From the NCBI GenBank assembly GCA_963761935.1, contig CAVXJU010000096.1, positions 104,165-168,164 of the forward strand: a stretch of DNA of 64,000 bases. Reading direction: 5' to 3'. Positions 11,290 to 21,424 of this stretch are shown piece after piece. The notes under the pieces were generated by a model. That model was not told where the DNA came from and did not search any database. It worked only from the letters and a program-made list of their open reading frames with translations. Position 1 is the first letter of the stretch. Every line of letters begins with the position of its first letter. Origin of the DNA: Terriglobia bacterium (lineage in GTDB: Bacteria; Acidobacteriota; Terriglobia; Bryobacterales; Bryobacteraceae). A program made the position numbers and the translations under genes.

Positions 11290-11751
11290 ATGAAACTCAC
11301 GCGCCGTTCCCCGATATCCTTTGGACCAGGCTTAGCCCTTGTGGCCGCCGCTTTCCTGATCGCTCAGGAGCAAGACCGCCAGCCCATGAACAACCCCAAC
11401 TTCAGTGCCACCGTCTACCAAGTGAAGGAGAACTCAACCGGAACCTTCGCCCATATTTATTTCCCGCCGGGCGCGCACACCAAATGGCATAGCCACGAGT
11501 TTGGCCAGGTCATTCTTTGCGAAGAGGGGACCTGCCTCAACGCGTTAAAAGGCGGACCCGTAGTGGAGCTGCATGCGGGCCAAACTTCTTACGCCCCGCC
11601 CAACGTGCCTCATTGGCAAGGCGCCGCCCCCAATGCAGGTGGAACGCAATTCAACACCGCGCGCGGAAAAATCACGTGGATGGATCCGGTGAGCGACGAG
11701 GAGTACAAGACCCCGGCATCGCATCTCGCCATCGTCTCACCGAAGAAGTAG
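11290..11751 (+). CDS. cupin domain protein with N-terminal signal/anchor
   Basis: ATG 11290 after GAAGAGAAAGAGAGGG; cupin motifs GAHTKWHSHEFGQV and PPNVPHWQGA. Confidence 0.65.
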   Translation: MKLTRRSPISFGPGLALVAAAFLIAQEQDRQPMNNPNFSATVYQVKENSTGTFAHIYFPPGAHTKWHSHEFGQVILCEEGTCLNALKGGPVVELHAGQTSYAPPNVPHWQGAAPNAGGTQFNTARGKITWMDPVSDEEYKTPASHLAIVSPKK

Positions 11752-11783
11752 CGTTTCCGGCCTCCGCGGCTGCCCCTATTACG

Positions 11784-12888
11784 CTACCGGAACGCGTCCG
11801 CCACTCGCAGCGCTAGTTTGGGTGCATCCAGGTCGGTGCGATTCGCCAGAACTACAACCGTCAAGTTCTCCGCCGGGAACCGTTCGATCGCCGTGCTGAA
11901 GCCACGGGTGCTGCCGGAGTGCCACATCCGCGCGCGGCCGGCATAAAGATCGAGAAACCAGCCGAAGCCATACGCCACGGGTTTTCCGGGATCCTGGTTG
12001 TCATCTCCCGGTGCATCCGGCCAATGCGTTTGCGCCCCACCGGCAAGCCGGACCGGTGTCAGCGCCGGCTGCATTTCCGCCTCGCTCAGTAGCGTGTGCC
12101 GGGCGAGCGCCTGGTCCCACTTGGCCAGGTCTTCCAGGTTCGAGTAGATGCCGCCGTCTCCCTGAGTGGCCGAGGTGGAACTCTGGTCGGTTTCCACGAA
12201 AACGCCGCGCTCCGCGGTATGGCCGAAGGCGCGGTCCAGCACGCTGTTCTTGCCGCGGACGTACACCAGCGTGCGATCCATCCCCAGCGGCTGGAAGATG
12301 CGCCGGCGCAGAAACTCCCCATACGGAACTCCCGATGTCTTGGCCACAATTAGCCCGAGCAACACGTAGCCCGAATTGCTGTAAGCCCAGCTTGTCCCCG
12401 CCGCGAATTTCGGAGCGTGGCTTCGCTTCAGCAGCGCCAGAACTTCGTCATCCTGAATTTGCCGGGACTCGGTCCACGGCCCACCGTCCATCAGGTCCTC
12501 GTAATCGGGCAGGCCCGAAGTATGGGTCAGCAGATGCCGCACCGTGATTTTACGGCTATACTCCGGGAAATCGGGAAAGAACCGCGTCATCGGGTCGTCG
12601 TAACGGAGTTGGCCGTCGTGCTTCCAGCAGCATCACCGCCATCGCGGTGAACTGTTTGGTAAAGGACGCCAGCCGGAAATTCGTCCGCGCATCGATGGGC
12701 GCGAGCGTGCGAAGATCCCGCGCTCCATAGCCGCGTTGGACCACCGTGTTGCCATTCTTCCGCACCAAAACCGCGGCCCCGGGCGATTTGGAACTCACCA
12801 GCGGCGCGAAAATCGAATCCACCGCCGCGGGAGTTGAGCCGAGCATAGCCACGCCCCAGGCAATCACCAGCGTTGTCGCGATCTTCAT
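11784..12888 (-). pseudogene. beta-lactamase-family serine hydrolase, one frameshift near 12620
   Basis: N-terminal ORF has a signal peptide and the SxxK motif (ASFTKQFTAMAVMLLE). After a 1-nt shift it continues HDGQLRYDDPMTRFFPDFPEY...LLTHTSGLPDY...YSNSGYVLLG. Confidence 0.7.
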
Positions 12889-13229
12889 GGGTTCTAACAA
12901 GCAGAATCGCACGCGCGCGGTGGATTTTCAAAGGGTGTGACGCACACCTCGGCTGGGCAAATCCTTTTGGCGTCCAACTGCGTCACGATCTCGCCCGGTG
13001 AAATCGGGCCAAACAGATGAGCGGTGTCGTTCCAGTCAGTCAGAAGCCGCGGCTCTCCGAGTGGTAAGCTGGCTTCGTTTTTTCAAATTTGACTCTGCAT
13101 CACCAGCGCCCGCGCGTACACCCTACCTGTGTCAAACGCGGCACCGTCACGCCCAGCCGTTTTTCGCGCACTCGCCGCCAAACCTTGCTACAATCAACAT
13201 TTAGCGCTCCCCCCGGGGTGAGGTGCAGT

Positions 13230-13772
13230 GTGTTCTTAAGCGTTCAGGAACTGGAAGTTAAGAAGGTCCGTTTTGAGGTGGCCTTCCCGCCCGGCGAAAT
13301 TGATTTTTCCGACGCCGGCCTCACTCAGGCGACGCCACTCGAAGCCCAAGGTTCGGCCGAGCTTCTGGCCCACACGCTGGGGGAGATCCGGGTCCGTGGG
13401 CACTTGAAGGTTCGGATGCGTTCCGAGTGCGACCGATGCCTGGAGCCGGCCGAGTTTCCGGTCGATTCCAGCTTCGATCTCTTCTACCGGCCCGCCGTGG
13501 AGGCCGCGCCCGCGGAAGATGTGGAAATCGACCCGGGCGAGACCGAGATCGGTTTCTACCAGGGCGACGGTCTCGAGTTGAAAGACGTTTTGCGAGAATA
13601 TGTTTTGCTTGCTATGCCGATGCAGCGGGTTTGCCGGGAAGAGTGCCAGGGTTTCTGTCCAGTGTGCGGGCAGAATCGCAATCTGGTGCAGTGCGGCTGC
13701 GAAATCAAACCCGAGGACGACCGCTGGGCGGCGCTGAAAAATCTTCAAACCAAAGGATCCTTGAATGCCTAA
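13230..13772 (+). CDS. yceD: YceD/DUF177 family protein (precedes rpmF)
   Basis: Position upstream of rpmF. C-terminal CxxC...CxxC (CREECQGFCPVCGQNRNLVQCGC). Start uncertain (GTG 13218 or 13230). Confidence 0.65.
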   Translation: MFLSVQELEVKKVRFEVAFPPGEIDFSDAGLTQATPLEAQGSAELLAHTLGEIRVRGHLKVRMRSECDRCLEPAEFPVDSSFDLFYRPAVEAAPAEDVEIDPGETEIGFYQGDGLELKDVLREYVLLAMPMQRVCREECQGFCPVCGQNRNLVQCGCEIKPEDDRWAALKNLQTKGSLNA

Positions 13773-13947
13773 TCCAAAACGACGACACTCCAAGCGGCGC
13801 ACTTCCACTCGCCGGGCGCATGATTCCTTGCGCGCGCTGGGGCGGGCGGAGTGTCCTAATTGTCATGAGCCCAAGTTGCCGCATCGCGCCTGCCCGCACT
13901 GCGGCCGCTACAAGGGACGCGAAGTGATCGAAGTGGCCGAGGAATAG
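13765..13947 (+). CDS. rpmF: 50S ribosomal protein L32
   Basis: MPNPKRRHSKRRTSTRRAHD...CPNCHEPKLPHRACPHCGRYKGREV. Confidence 0.92.
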   Translation: MPNPKRRHSKRRTSTRRAHDSLRALGRAECPNCHEPKLPHRACPHCGRYKGREVIEVAEE

Positions 13948-13987
13948 GTCAGCCGGATATCGCCGGACCTGATAAGATTCAACGTGC

Positions 13988-15022
13988 ATGGTGACCATCG
14001 CGGTTGATGCAATGGGGGGCGACCACGCTCCCAAGTCCGAGGTCGAGGGCTCCATCCGCGCCGCCCGCTCGCTCGGCGTTGGCATCATTCTGGTCGGCAA
14101 GGAAGAAGTAATCCGTAAAGAGCTGGCGCAGCACGAGGGCGCCGCCGGCTTGCCCATTTCGATCCAGCATGCTAGCGAAGTGGTCACGATGGAAGACAGC
14201 GCGGCCAAAGCGGTTCGCACCAAGCGCGACAGTTCCATTCGCGTTGCGGCGCGCCTGGTTCGCAACGGCACCGCCCAGGGTCTGGTTTCGGCCGGAAACA
14301 CCGGCGCTGTCATGGCCACCGCGAAAATGGTCCAGGGCATGATTCCGGGCGTGGATCGGCCCGCGCTGGCCTCCGCGTTTCCCACGCTCAAGGGCTCGCC
14401 AGTCGTAGTGGTGGATGTCGGCGCTAACGTCGATTGCTCTGCCCGCATGCTGGCCCAATTCGCCGTGATGGGCGAAGTCTATTCGCGCGCCATCTTCCGA
14501 GGCGAGCGGCCCCGCGTCGGGTTGCTTTCCATCGGCGAGGAAGAACACAAAGGCAACGAGCTGACGCGCGCCGCCACCCCGCTGCTCAAGTCGCTTCCCA
14601 TTAATTTCATCGGAAATGTGGAAGGGCGCGATATCTATACCGGGGACATCGACGTCATAGTATGTGACGGCTTTATCGGAAACGTCGCGCTGAAAGTCAG
14701 CGAGGGCCTGGTGGACATGATCTCCAAGATGCTGCGCGAATCGCTGGAAGCCACCATCACGCGCAAAATAGGATACGTGCTGTCTCGCACCGCTTACCAG
14801 GATTTCAAGAAACGCGTGGATTATTCCGAGTACGGTGGAGCTCCGCTGCTCGGCGTCAAAGGCGTCTGCATCATCGCCCACGGCCGCTCCAATGCCAACG
14901 CCATCAAGAATGCGATTCGCGTGGCCAAGGAGTTCGCCAGCGGGCATGCCAACGAGCGTATCGAAGAGGAGCTGGCTAGAGGCCCTTTCGCTAACGTGAC
15001 CGTGGCAGCAAAGGCGGACTGA
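13988..15022 (+). CDS. plsX: phosphate acyltransferase PlsX
   Basis: [29 protein letters not shown] motifs; follows rpmF. Confidence 0.92.
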   Translation: MVTIAVDAMGGDHAPKSEVEGSIRAARSLGVGIILVGKEEVIRKELAQHEGAAGLPISIQHASEVVTMEDSAAKAVRTKRDSSIRVAARLVRNGTAQGLVSAGNTGAVMATAKMVQGMIPGVDRPALASAFPTLKGSPVVVVDVGANVDCSARMLAQFAVMGEVYSRAIFRGERPRVGLLSIGEEEHKGNELTRAATPLLKSLPINFIGNVEGRDIYTGDIDVIVCDGFIGNVALKVSEGLVDMISKMLRESLEATITRKIGYVLSRTAYQDFKKRVDYSEYGGAPLLGVKGVCIIAHGRSNANAIKNAIRVAKEFASGHANERIEEELARGPFANVTVAAKAD

Positions 15023-15023
15023 T

Positions 15024-16910
15024 ATGTCCCGTTTCCTCGCGGTGTTCCTGCTGGCCGCGTCTCTGCTCGGCAAAGCGCCCGACCCGGTGAATTGGACGCT
15101 GACATTCGACACCGCATCCGCCGCGCCGGGCTCGCACGTGCTGGCTCGGCTGGCGGCCAAGATCGACCCGGGCTGGCATCTGTACTCCTTGACCACGCCC
15201 AAGCCTCCCATCGCTACCACCGTGACGCTCGACAATCCGGCGGTTGCGAGCGTGAAGCTGTACCAGCCGCAGCCGCTGGTCAAACTGGATCCGTCCTTCG
15301 GGGTCAACACCGAGACGTTCGGCGAAGCGGTCACCATTCTTCTGGACATCGGGTTGAAGAAGGACGCTGCGCCCGGTCCGCTCGAGCTGACCGCGACGCC
15401 ACGCTATCAAACTTGCAACGATACGATGTGCCTGCCGCCCAAGCGCAAGCCCACCTCCGCGACGCTGACCATCGATCCAGCGGCCAAGGCGGCGGCCATC
15501 GTGATTCCAGCAGGATTCACGGAGTTTCGTCCTGCGACGCAAGCGTCGACAACTGCGCCAGCTCCTGTCAGTGCGCCGCAACCTTCCACCGGTTTCGGTT
15601 TGTTCCTGCTCACCGCATTCGGCGCCGGACTCGCGGCAATTTTCACGCCCTGCGTTTTTCCGATGATCCCGTTCACCGTCTCCTATTTCGTGAATCGGCA
15701 GACGGGCAACCGGCGCGACGGAGTTTTCCACGCCGTGCTGTTCTGCGTCGGAATCATCGTGTTGTTCACCGGGCTCGGCGCTTTGATCAAAGGGATCGCG
15801 GGGCCGTTCGGCGTGGTTCAGTTGGGCAACAGCCCGTGGGTGAACGCTTTCATCGCGCTGGTTTTTATCGTGTTCGGCTTGAGCCTGCTGGGCGCATACG
15901 AGCTGACGCTGCCTTCTGGAATGCTCACCAAACTAAACCAGGCCTCCGAGCAAGGCGGGTATTTGGGAACGCTGCTGATGGGGCTCACCTTCACGCTGAC
16001 CTCGTTTGCCTGTATCGGACCGATCGTCGGCCCGCTGCTGGTCGCTTCCGTACAGACTAGCGGTCTGCAGCCGGTCTTCGGCATGGGGGCCTTCGCCACC
16101 GGTCTCGCTCTGCCGTTCTTCGCGCTGGCCTTGTTCCCGTCTTTTCTTCAGAAGCTGCCCAAGAGCGGCGGCTGGCTGATGCGCGTCAAGGTGGTGCTGG
16201 GATTCGTGGTGCTCGCGATTTCGGTGAAATATTTGAGCTCCGCCGACCAGGTGCTCCAAACCAATCTGATCTCGCGCGAAATGTTCCTGGCATGTTGGGT
16301 GGTGCTGTTTGCTTTGCCAGGCCTTTATCTGCTCGGCTTCCTGCGCCTGGAAGGAATCAAGCCGGAAGATCATCTGGGAGTGGGCCGGATGTTGGTAGCG
16401 GCGCTGTTCTTGATTTTCTCCATTAGCCTGCTGCCGGGGCTTTTCGGCGCCTCGCTCGGCAATATCGAGGCGTTTATCCCGGTGCAGGCCAAGAGCACAA
16501 TGTTCGCATCCGCCGGCGGCGAAAGCACTGCGCCAGTTTGGTTGAAAAATCAATACCGCGAGGCGCTGGCCAAGGCGCGCGCCGAGAACAAGCTGGTGTT
16601 CATTAACTTTACCGGCTACGCCTGCACCAATTGCCATTGGATGAAGGCCAACATGTTCCCACGGGCGGACATCCAACCCCTGCTCAAGGATTTCGTGCTG
16701 GTGGATCTCTATACCGACGGCACGGACCAGGTTTCCGAAGACAATCAGAAGCTCGAAGAGAAAAAGTTCGAAACCGTAGCCATACCTTACTACGCGATTT
16801 TAGATCCCGACGAACATGTGATCGCGACCTTCCCGGGGCTCACCCGAAACGCGGCCGAGTTCGCCACCTTTCTCAAATCCGGAAATTCCAAGATCGCCAA
16901 AAACATATGA
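15024..16910 (+). CDS. DsbD/ScsB-like thiol:disulfide interchange membrane protein with C-terminal thioredoxin domain
   Basis: N-terminal DsbD-alpha-like domain (YQTCNDTMCLPP). Multi-TM core with TPCVFPMIP and a second FACIGPIVGP. C-terminal thioredoxin CxxC (YACTNCHWM). Confidence 0.8.
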   Translation: MSRFLAVFLLAASLLGKAPDPVNWTLTFDTASAAPGSHVLARLAAKIDPGWHLYSLTTPKPPIATTVTLDNPAVASVKLYQPQPLVKLDPSFGVNTETFGEAVTILLDIGLKKDAAPGPLELTATPRYQTCNDTMCLPPKRKPTSATLTIDPAAKAAAIVIPAGFTEFRPATQASTTAPAPVSAPQPSTGFGLFLLTAFGAGLAAIFTPCVFPMIPFTVSYFVNRQTGNRRDGVFHAVLFCVGIIVLFTGLGALIKGIAGPFGVVQLGNSPWVNAFIALVFIVFGLSLLGAYELTLPSGMLTKLNQASEQGGYLGTLLMGLTFTLTSFACIGPIVGPLLVASVQTSGLQPVFGMGAFATGLALPFFALALFPSFLQKLPKSGGWLMRVKVVLGFVVLAISVKYLSSADQVLQTNLISREMFLACWVVLFALPGLYLLGFLRLEGIKPEDHLGVGRMLVAALFLIFSISLLPGLFGASLGNIEAFIPVQAKSTMFASAGGESTAPVWLKNQYREALAKARAENKLVFINFTGYACTNCHWMKANMFPRADIQPLLKDFVLVDLYTDGTDQVSEDNQKLEEKKFETVAIPYYAILDPDEHVIATFPGLTRNAAEFATFLKSGNSKIAKNI

Positions 16911-19009
16911 AGCCAATTTTTGTACTATTGGCGTCCGCGGCAACGCTGGCTGCGCAGGCGCCCATCCGCGGCTTTCCCCAAAGCGATTGGGCGTCCGAAC
17001 ACGCGCTCGAGCAGAAGGCCATGGCGATGCCGGAGGCCGGCCGCCAGAAGACTTATCTGGAACGCATGGCCAAAGTGCCGCATCATGCCGGCTCCGCGGC
17101 CGACGCAGCCGTCGCCGAGTACGCGCTGGGCTTGTTCAAGGAATTTGGGCTGAATGCGCATATCGAGAATTTTGAAGCGCTCATTCCGTATCCCACTTCC
17201 CGCGCGCTGGAGATGACCGCGCCCGTGAAGTTCCGCGCCGGATTGAAGGAGCCGGCCATCGCGCAGGACAGCTACACATCCAACTCCACGCAATTGCCCA
17301 CGTTCAACGCCTACTCGGCCTCCGGCGACGTTACCGGCCAGGTTGTTTACGTCAACTACGGCGTGCCGGAAGATTACGACTATCTGGCTAAGCAAGGCAT
17401 CGACGTTAAAGGCAAGATCGTGATCGCGCGCTACGGCAAGAGCTGGCGCGGAACCAAGCCCAAGGTGGCCTACGAGCACGGTGCGATTGCGTGTCTCATT
17501 TATTCCGACCCGCGAGACGACGGATATTATCAGGGCGACCCATATCCCAAGGGTCCCATGCGTCCCGCCGACGGCGTGCAGCGCGGCAGCGTGATGGACA
17601 TGCCCACTTACGTCGGAGATCCGCTGTCACCCGGCTGGGCTTCCGAGCCCGGCTCCAAGCGGCTCACCATGGCCGAATCGAAAATCTTGATGAAGATTCC
17701 CGTGATGCCGATCTCCTACGCCGACGCGACTCCGTTTTTGCAGAATCTCGGCGGCCCAGTTGCGCCCCAGGATTGGCGCGGCGCGCTGCCCTTTACCTAT
17801 CACATCGGGCCGGGACCGGCGACCGCGCATTTCAAACTGGATTTCGACAATTCCACGCGGCCGCTGCACGACGTGATCGCGACCATTCCCGGCAGCACCT
17901 ATCCCGACCAATGGGTCATCTATGGCAATCATCACGATGGATGGGTGAACGGCGCGCAGGACCCGATTAGCGGCGCCTCGTCGTTGCTCGAGACCGCGCG
18001 CACGCTGGCTCAGCTCCACAAACAAGGCTGGCAGCCCAAGCGCACTATCGTGCTGGCGCTTTGGGATGGCGAAGAGTTTGGGCTGCTGGGTTCCACCGAA
18101 TGGGCCGAGAAACATCAGGATGAGTTGACACGCAAAGGCGCGGTTTATATCAACTCCGACTCCAACTCCAAAGGAACCATGGGCGCTTCGGGATCGCACA
18201 CGCTAGAGATGTTCATGACCGAGGTGCTGCGCGATTCGAAAGATCCACAGAACGGCAAGAGCCTGCTCGAAATCGCCCGTACTCCGCGGCGCGAGCGCAG
18301 CGAAGTGTCCACCGAAGCAGGCCCTCCCGGATTTCATCTGGCGCCGCTCGGAGCCGGTTCCGACTACGTCGCGTTCATCGATCACTTGGGCGTAGCCAGC
18401 TTGAACCTGGGCTTTGGGGGGCCGAACCTGAACGGGCAGTATCATTCTATTTACGACGACCCGCAGTGGTTTGAGCGGTTCGGCGATCCCGGTTTTGTTT
18501 ATGGCGCCGCGCTCTCCCAAGTGACCACCATGACGTTGCTGCGTTTGGCCGATGCTCCGCTGCTGCCCTTTGAGTTCGGCGAGTTTTCCAGCACCGTCAA
18601 GCGCTACGTCGATCAGATTAAGAAGCAAGCCGGAAGCAAGGTGGATTTCGGACCGGTCTTATCCGCTCTCGAGAAGACGGACTCGGACGCCCGCGCTTAC
18701 GAAGCCGCCCTCAAGAGTGCGGCCGCGCAGACCGACGCCTCGCGTTTGGCCAAGGCCAATGAAGCCTTGTACGAAAGCGAGCGCGGTTTGATTCTTTCCA
18801 AAGGCCTTCCGTCGCGCGATTGGTACCGGCATCAGATCTACGCCCCCGGTTTGTACACCGGCTACGGCGCGAAAACGCTGCCCGGCATTCGCGAGGCGGT
18901 GGAGGGGTCGCGCTGGGACGAAGCCAACGCCGAAGCGAAAGATGCAGGACGTGCGCTGGAGCAACTGAACCAGCACATCGAGGAAGCCACTCGGCTGCTG
19001 GCGCGTTAG
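16907..19009 (+). CDS. M28 family peptidase, glutamate carboxypeptidase II / transferrin-receptor-like (PA domain + dimerisation domain)
   Basis: ATG 16907 overlaps the dsbD-like stop (ATGA). Signal peptide MKPIFVLLASAATLAAQA. Motifs YGNHHDGW, WDGEEFGLLGSTEW and GSDYVAFIDHLG. Confidence 0.8.
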   Translation: MKPIFVLLASAATLAAQAPIRGFPQSDWASEHALEQKAMAMPEAGRQKTYLERMAKVPHHAGSAADAAVAEYALGLFKEFGLNAHIENFEALIPYPTSRALEMTAPVKFRAGLKEPAIAQDSYTSNSTQLPTFNAYSASGDVTGQVVYVNYGVPEDYDYLAKQGIDVKGKIVIARYGKSWRGTKPKVAYEHGAIACLIYSDPRDDGYYQGDPYPKGPMRPADGVQRGSVMDMPTYVGDPLSPGWASEPGSKRLTMAESKILMKIPVMPISYADATPFLQNLGGPVAPQDWRGALPFTYHIGPGPATAHFKLDFDNSTRPLHDVIATIPGSTYPDQWVIYGNHHDGWVNGAQDPISGASSLLETARTLAQLHKQGWQPKRTIVLALWDGEEFGLLGSTEWAEKHQDELTRKGAVYINSDSNSKGTMGASGSHTLEMFMTEVLRDSKDPQNGKSLLEIARTPRRERSEVSTEAGPPGFHLAPLGAGSDYVAFIDHLGVASLNLGFGGPNLNGQYHSIYDDPQWFERFGDPGFVYGAALSQVTTMTLLRLADAPLLPFEFGEFSSTVKRYVDQIKKQAGSKVDFGPVLSALEKTDSDARAYEAALKSAAAQTDASRLAKANEALYESERGLILSKGLPSRDWYRHQIYAPGLYTGYGAKTLPGIREAVEGSRWDEANAEAKDAGRALEQLNQHIEEATRLLAR

Positions 19010-19443
19010 CGCTTTCGCACCGACTTAGCTAAAAACAATTCGGCCGCGAGTTGTTCTTGTTCCTTATTGCTTTCGGCCAGCCACGCTTGCCAGGATTTGT
19101 TATGCAGCCGGTCCAGCAGCTCGAACTGCCGCCGCGCTTCGAGTACGCGCTGGCGCTGCTCGGTCACTTTGACTTCGCACTGGCGCTCGAGATTTTCCAG
19201 TTCGGAGATGCGGCGCCGCAGGTGCTGGCGGTAGGATTCCAGACTGGTGAGCTCCAGCGGATCGATGGAGGGCTGCGAAAGCACCTGCTGGGCCGATTGC
19301 GCCACCTCGTTTTGGATGCTGGCTTTGGCGCCGGCCAGCCGCGCCTGTTCCGCGCGCAGCTGCTGCAGCTTCAGTTCTTCCAGATTGGCCTGCTCGGAGC
19401 GCCAGCGCCGCACTCGATCCAGCGAAAAATGGAAGCGCTTCAT
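19006..19443 (-). CDS. fliJ: flagellar export chaperone FliJ
   Basis: 145-aa coiled-coil protein immediately downstream of fliI. Confidence 0.6.
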   Translation of the reverse strand: MKRFHFSLDRVRRWRSEQANLEELKLQQLRAEQARLAGAKASIQNEVAQSAQQVLSQPSIDPLELTSLESYRQHLRRRISELENLERQCEVKVTEQRQRVLEARRQFELLDRLHNKSWQAWLAESNKEQEQLAAELFLAKSVRKR

Positions 19444-19453
19444 TCAGGCGTCA

Positions 19454-20764
19454 TCATACAGCGAGCTTGGCCAACTCGCGCATGCGTCCCATGGTGTCGG
19501 CAAAGGCCGAATGCGCGCCGGCGTCTTGCTTCAAGAATTCGAGCAGTTGCGGGCGCAGGCGTATGGCCGCGTCCAGCTTGGGGTTCGCGCCGCTGGCGTA
19601 GGCGCCCAGATTGATCAAGTCCTCCGAGCGCTGGTGCGTGGCCAACGCGTCGCGGATCTTCAGAGCAGCATCCTTCTGTTCCGCCGTATAGAGCCGGGGC
19701 GCCAGCCGGCTGACCGACTGCAGCACGTCGATGGCCGGATAGTGCCCCGCCGCTCCAAGCTGGCGCGAAAGAATAATGTGGCCGTCCAAGATTGCTCGCA
19801 CGGCGTCGCAGATGGGCTCGTTGAAATCGTCGCCTTCCACCAGCACCGTGAAAAACCCGGTGATGGAACCCTTCTTAAAACGCCCGGCGCGCTCGAAAAT
19901 CTTGGGCAGCATATTGAAGACCGAGGGGGTGTAGCCTTTCTGGCTGGGGGGCTCGCCCGCGGCCAAGCCGATCTCGCGCTGCGCCATGGCTAGCCGGGTG
20001 ACGGAGTCCATCACCAGTAGTACGCTTTTGCCTTGATCGCGAAAATACTCGGCCACGGCCAGCGCTACGAAGGCGGCCCGAATCCGGAGCGGCGCCGGCC
20101 GGTCCGACGTCGCAACCACCAGAACGGAGCGCTTCAATCCGTCTTTTCCCAGCTCATGATCGATGAAGTCGCGCACCTCGCGGTTTCGCTCCCCGATTAG
20201 AGCCACCACGCTGACGTCGGCCGAGCTATACCGCGACATCGTTCCCAGCAGGGTGCTTTTGCCTACGCCGCTGCCTCCAAAAATGCCGATTCTTTGTCCC
20301 TTGCCGCAGGTGAGCAGGCTGTCGATGGCGCGGATGCCGGTGACTAGCGGCTCGCTGATGCTTTCGCGATCCAATGGGCCGGGCGCCGGCGCGTAAAGGT
20401 CGTACGGTTCCTTGGCTCCGATGGGGCCCAGATCGTCCAGCGGCTTGCCGAAACCATCGATGACACGACCCAACAATTGGGGACCAACCTCCATGCGTGC
20501 GTCTTCCTTGCGCGCCATGATGGGGTCTCCCATGTGCAGGCCATCGGTTTCTTCGAGCGGCATCGATAGCACGCGCCCATCGCGGAATCCGATCACCTGG
20601 GTGCGAATGAGGCGGCCGCTTTGCGTGACGATCTCGCAGAAGTCGCCGACCGCCGCCACCGGGCCGCTCGACTCCACCAGCAAGCCCACCATTTCAGTGA
20701 CCGCTCCAGTCCAGCGGCAGGTCTCGATGCGGGCCAGCTTTTCGTAATAAGGAGTGAGTTTCAC
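19454..20764 (-). CDS. fliI: flagellum-specific ATPase FliI
   Basis: Walker A GGSGVGKST; F1/T3SS ATPase fold motifs; operon context. Confidence 0.92.
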   Translation of the reverse strand: MKLTPYYEKLARIETCRWTGAVTEMVGLLVESSGPVAAVGDFCEIVTQSGRLIRTQVIGFRDGRVLSMPLEETDGLHMGDPIMARKEDARMEVGPQLLGRVIDGFGKPLDDLGPIGAKEPYDLYAPAPGPLDRESISEPLVTGIRAIDSLLTCGKGQRIGIFGGSGVGKSTLLGTMSRYSSADVSVVALIGERNREVRDFIDHELGKDGLKRSVLVVATSDRPAPLRIRAAFVALAVAEYFRDQGKSVLLVMDSVTRLAMAQREIGLAAGEPPSQKGYTPSVFNMLPKIFERAGRFKKGSITGFFTVLVEGDDFNEPICDAVRAILDGHIILSRQLGAAGHYPAIDVLQSVSRLAPRLYTAEQKDAALKIRDALATHQRSEDLINLGAYASGANPKLDAAIRLRPQLLEFLKQDAGAHSAFADTMGRMRELAKLAV

Positions 20765-21424
20765 TTAGACTCTCCGCACCAGGTCCGCAAAGCCGCGTTC
20801 GATCTCCGCCAGTTGCGTCTCGACCGAGGCGTCCAAGGCGCCGCGCGAGGAAACCAGTATGGCCGAGCCGCGTGGCAGGCCGGGGTCCGCGATTACCTCG
20901 ATGGGCCGCGGCAGGCCCATTTTCTCCAGGTGCTGCGCCACCATCGGGGCGTCGGCGCGCGACACGCGCACACGGTGTACTTCACGCAGCTCGATTTTCT
21001 CCAGCGCCGCCTTCAGCAGGCCGAGCAGAGCCTCGGGCGCCACCGTCAATTCGCGGTGCAGTATGCGGCGGGCGATGGCGATAGCGAGCGCGATCACGTC
21101 CTCTTCGGCTTCGTGCCGGAAGCGCTGGCGCAGCCCGCCTAATTCTTCAACGGTCCGGGCCACTTGCAGAGTCATGGCTTCGATCTGAGCGGCGGCCTCG
21201 CGCCGCGCGGCGGCCTGGCCTTCCTGGAAACCTTGCTGATGGGAAGACGGGCCCTGATCGGAGTAGGCGCGCGCCTGGCCTACCGGAGACGAACCGGCCA
21301 GTGGAGCATAGGCCGCCGCCGGGTACGCGTTTCCCTCGTGTGGGTGATCGTCCAGCGGCCCTACCCGCGGCCAGGCGATCGGGTCCAGCGGGACGTCGCC
21401 GCCGCGATGCAGTTTAGACGACAT
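20765..21424 (-). CDS. fliH: flagellar assembly protein FliH
   Basis: Position between fliG and fliI; FliH-like C-terminal region. Confidence 0.7.
   Translation of the reverse strand: MSSKLHRGGDVPLDPIAWPRVGPLDDHPHEGNAYPAAAYAPLAGSSPVGQARAYSDQGPSSHQQGFQEGQAAARREAAAQIEAMTLQVARTVEELGGLRQRFRHEAEEDVIALAIAIARRILHRELTVAPEALLGLLKAALEKIELREVHRVRVSRADAPMVAQHLEKMGLPRPIEVIADPGLPRGSAILVSSRGALDASVETQLAEIERGFADLVRRV

Noticed and set aside
13979-15349. 456-aa ORF antisense to plsX
   Set aside because: plsX on the plus strand is unambiguous; this is a shadow ORF.
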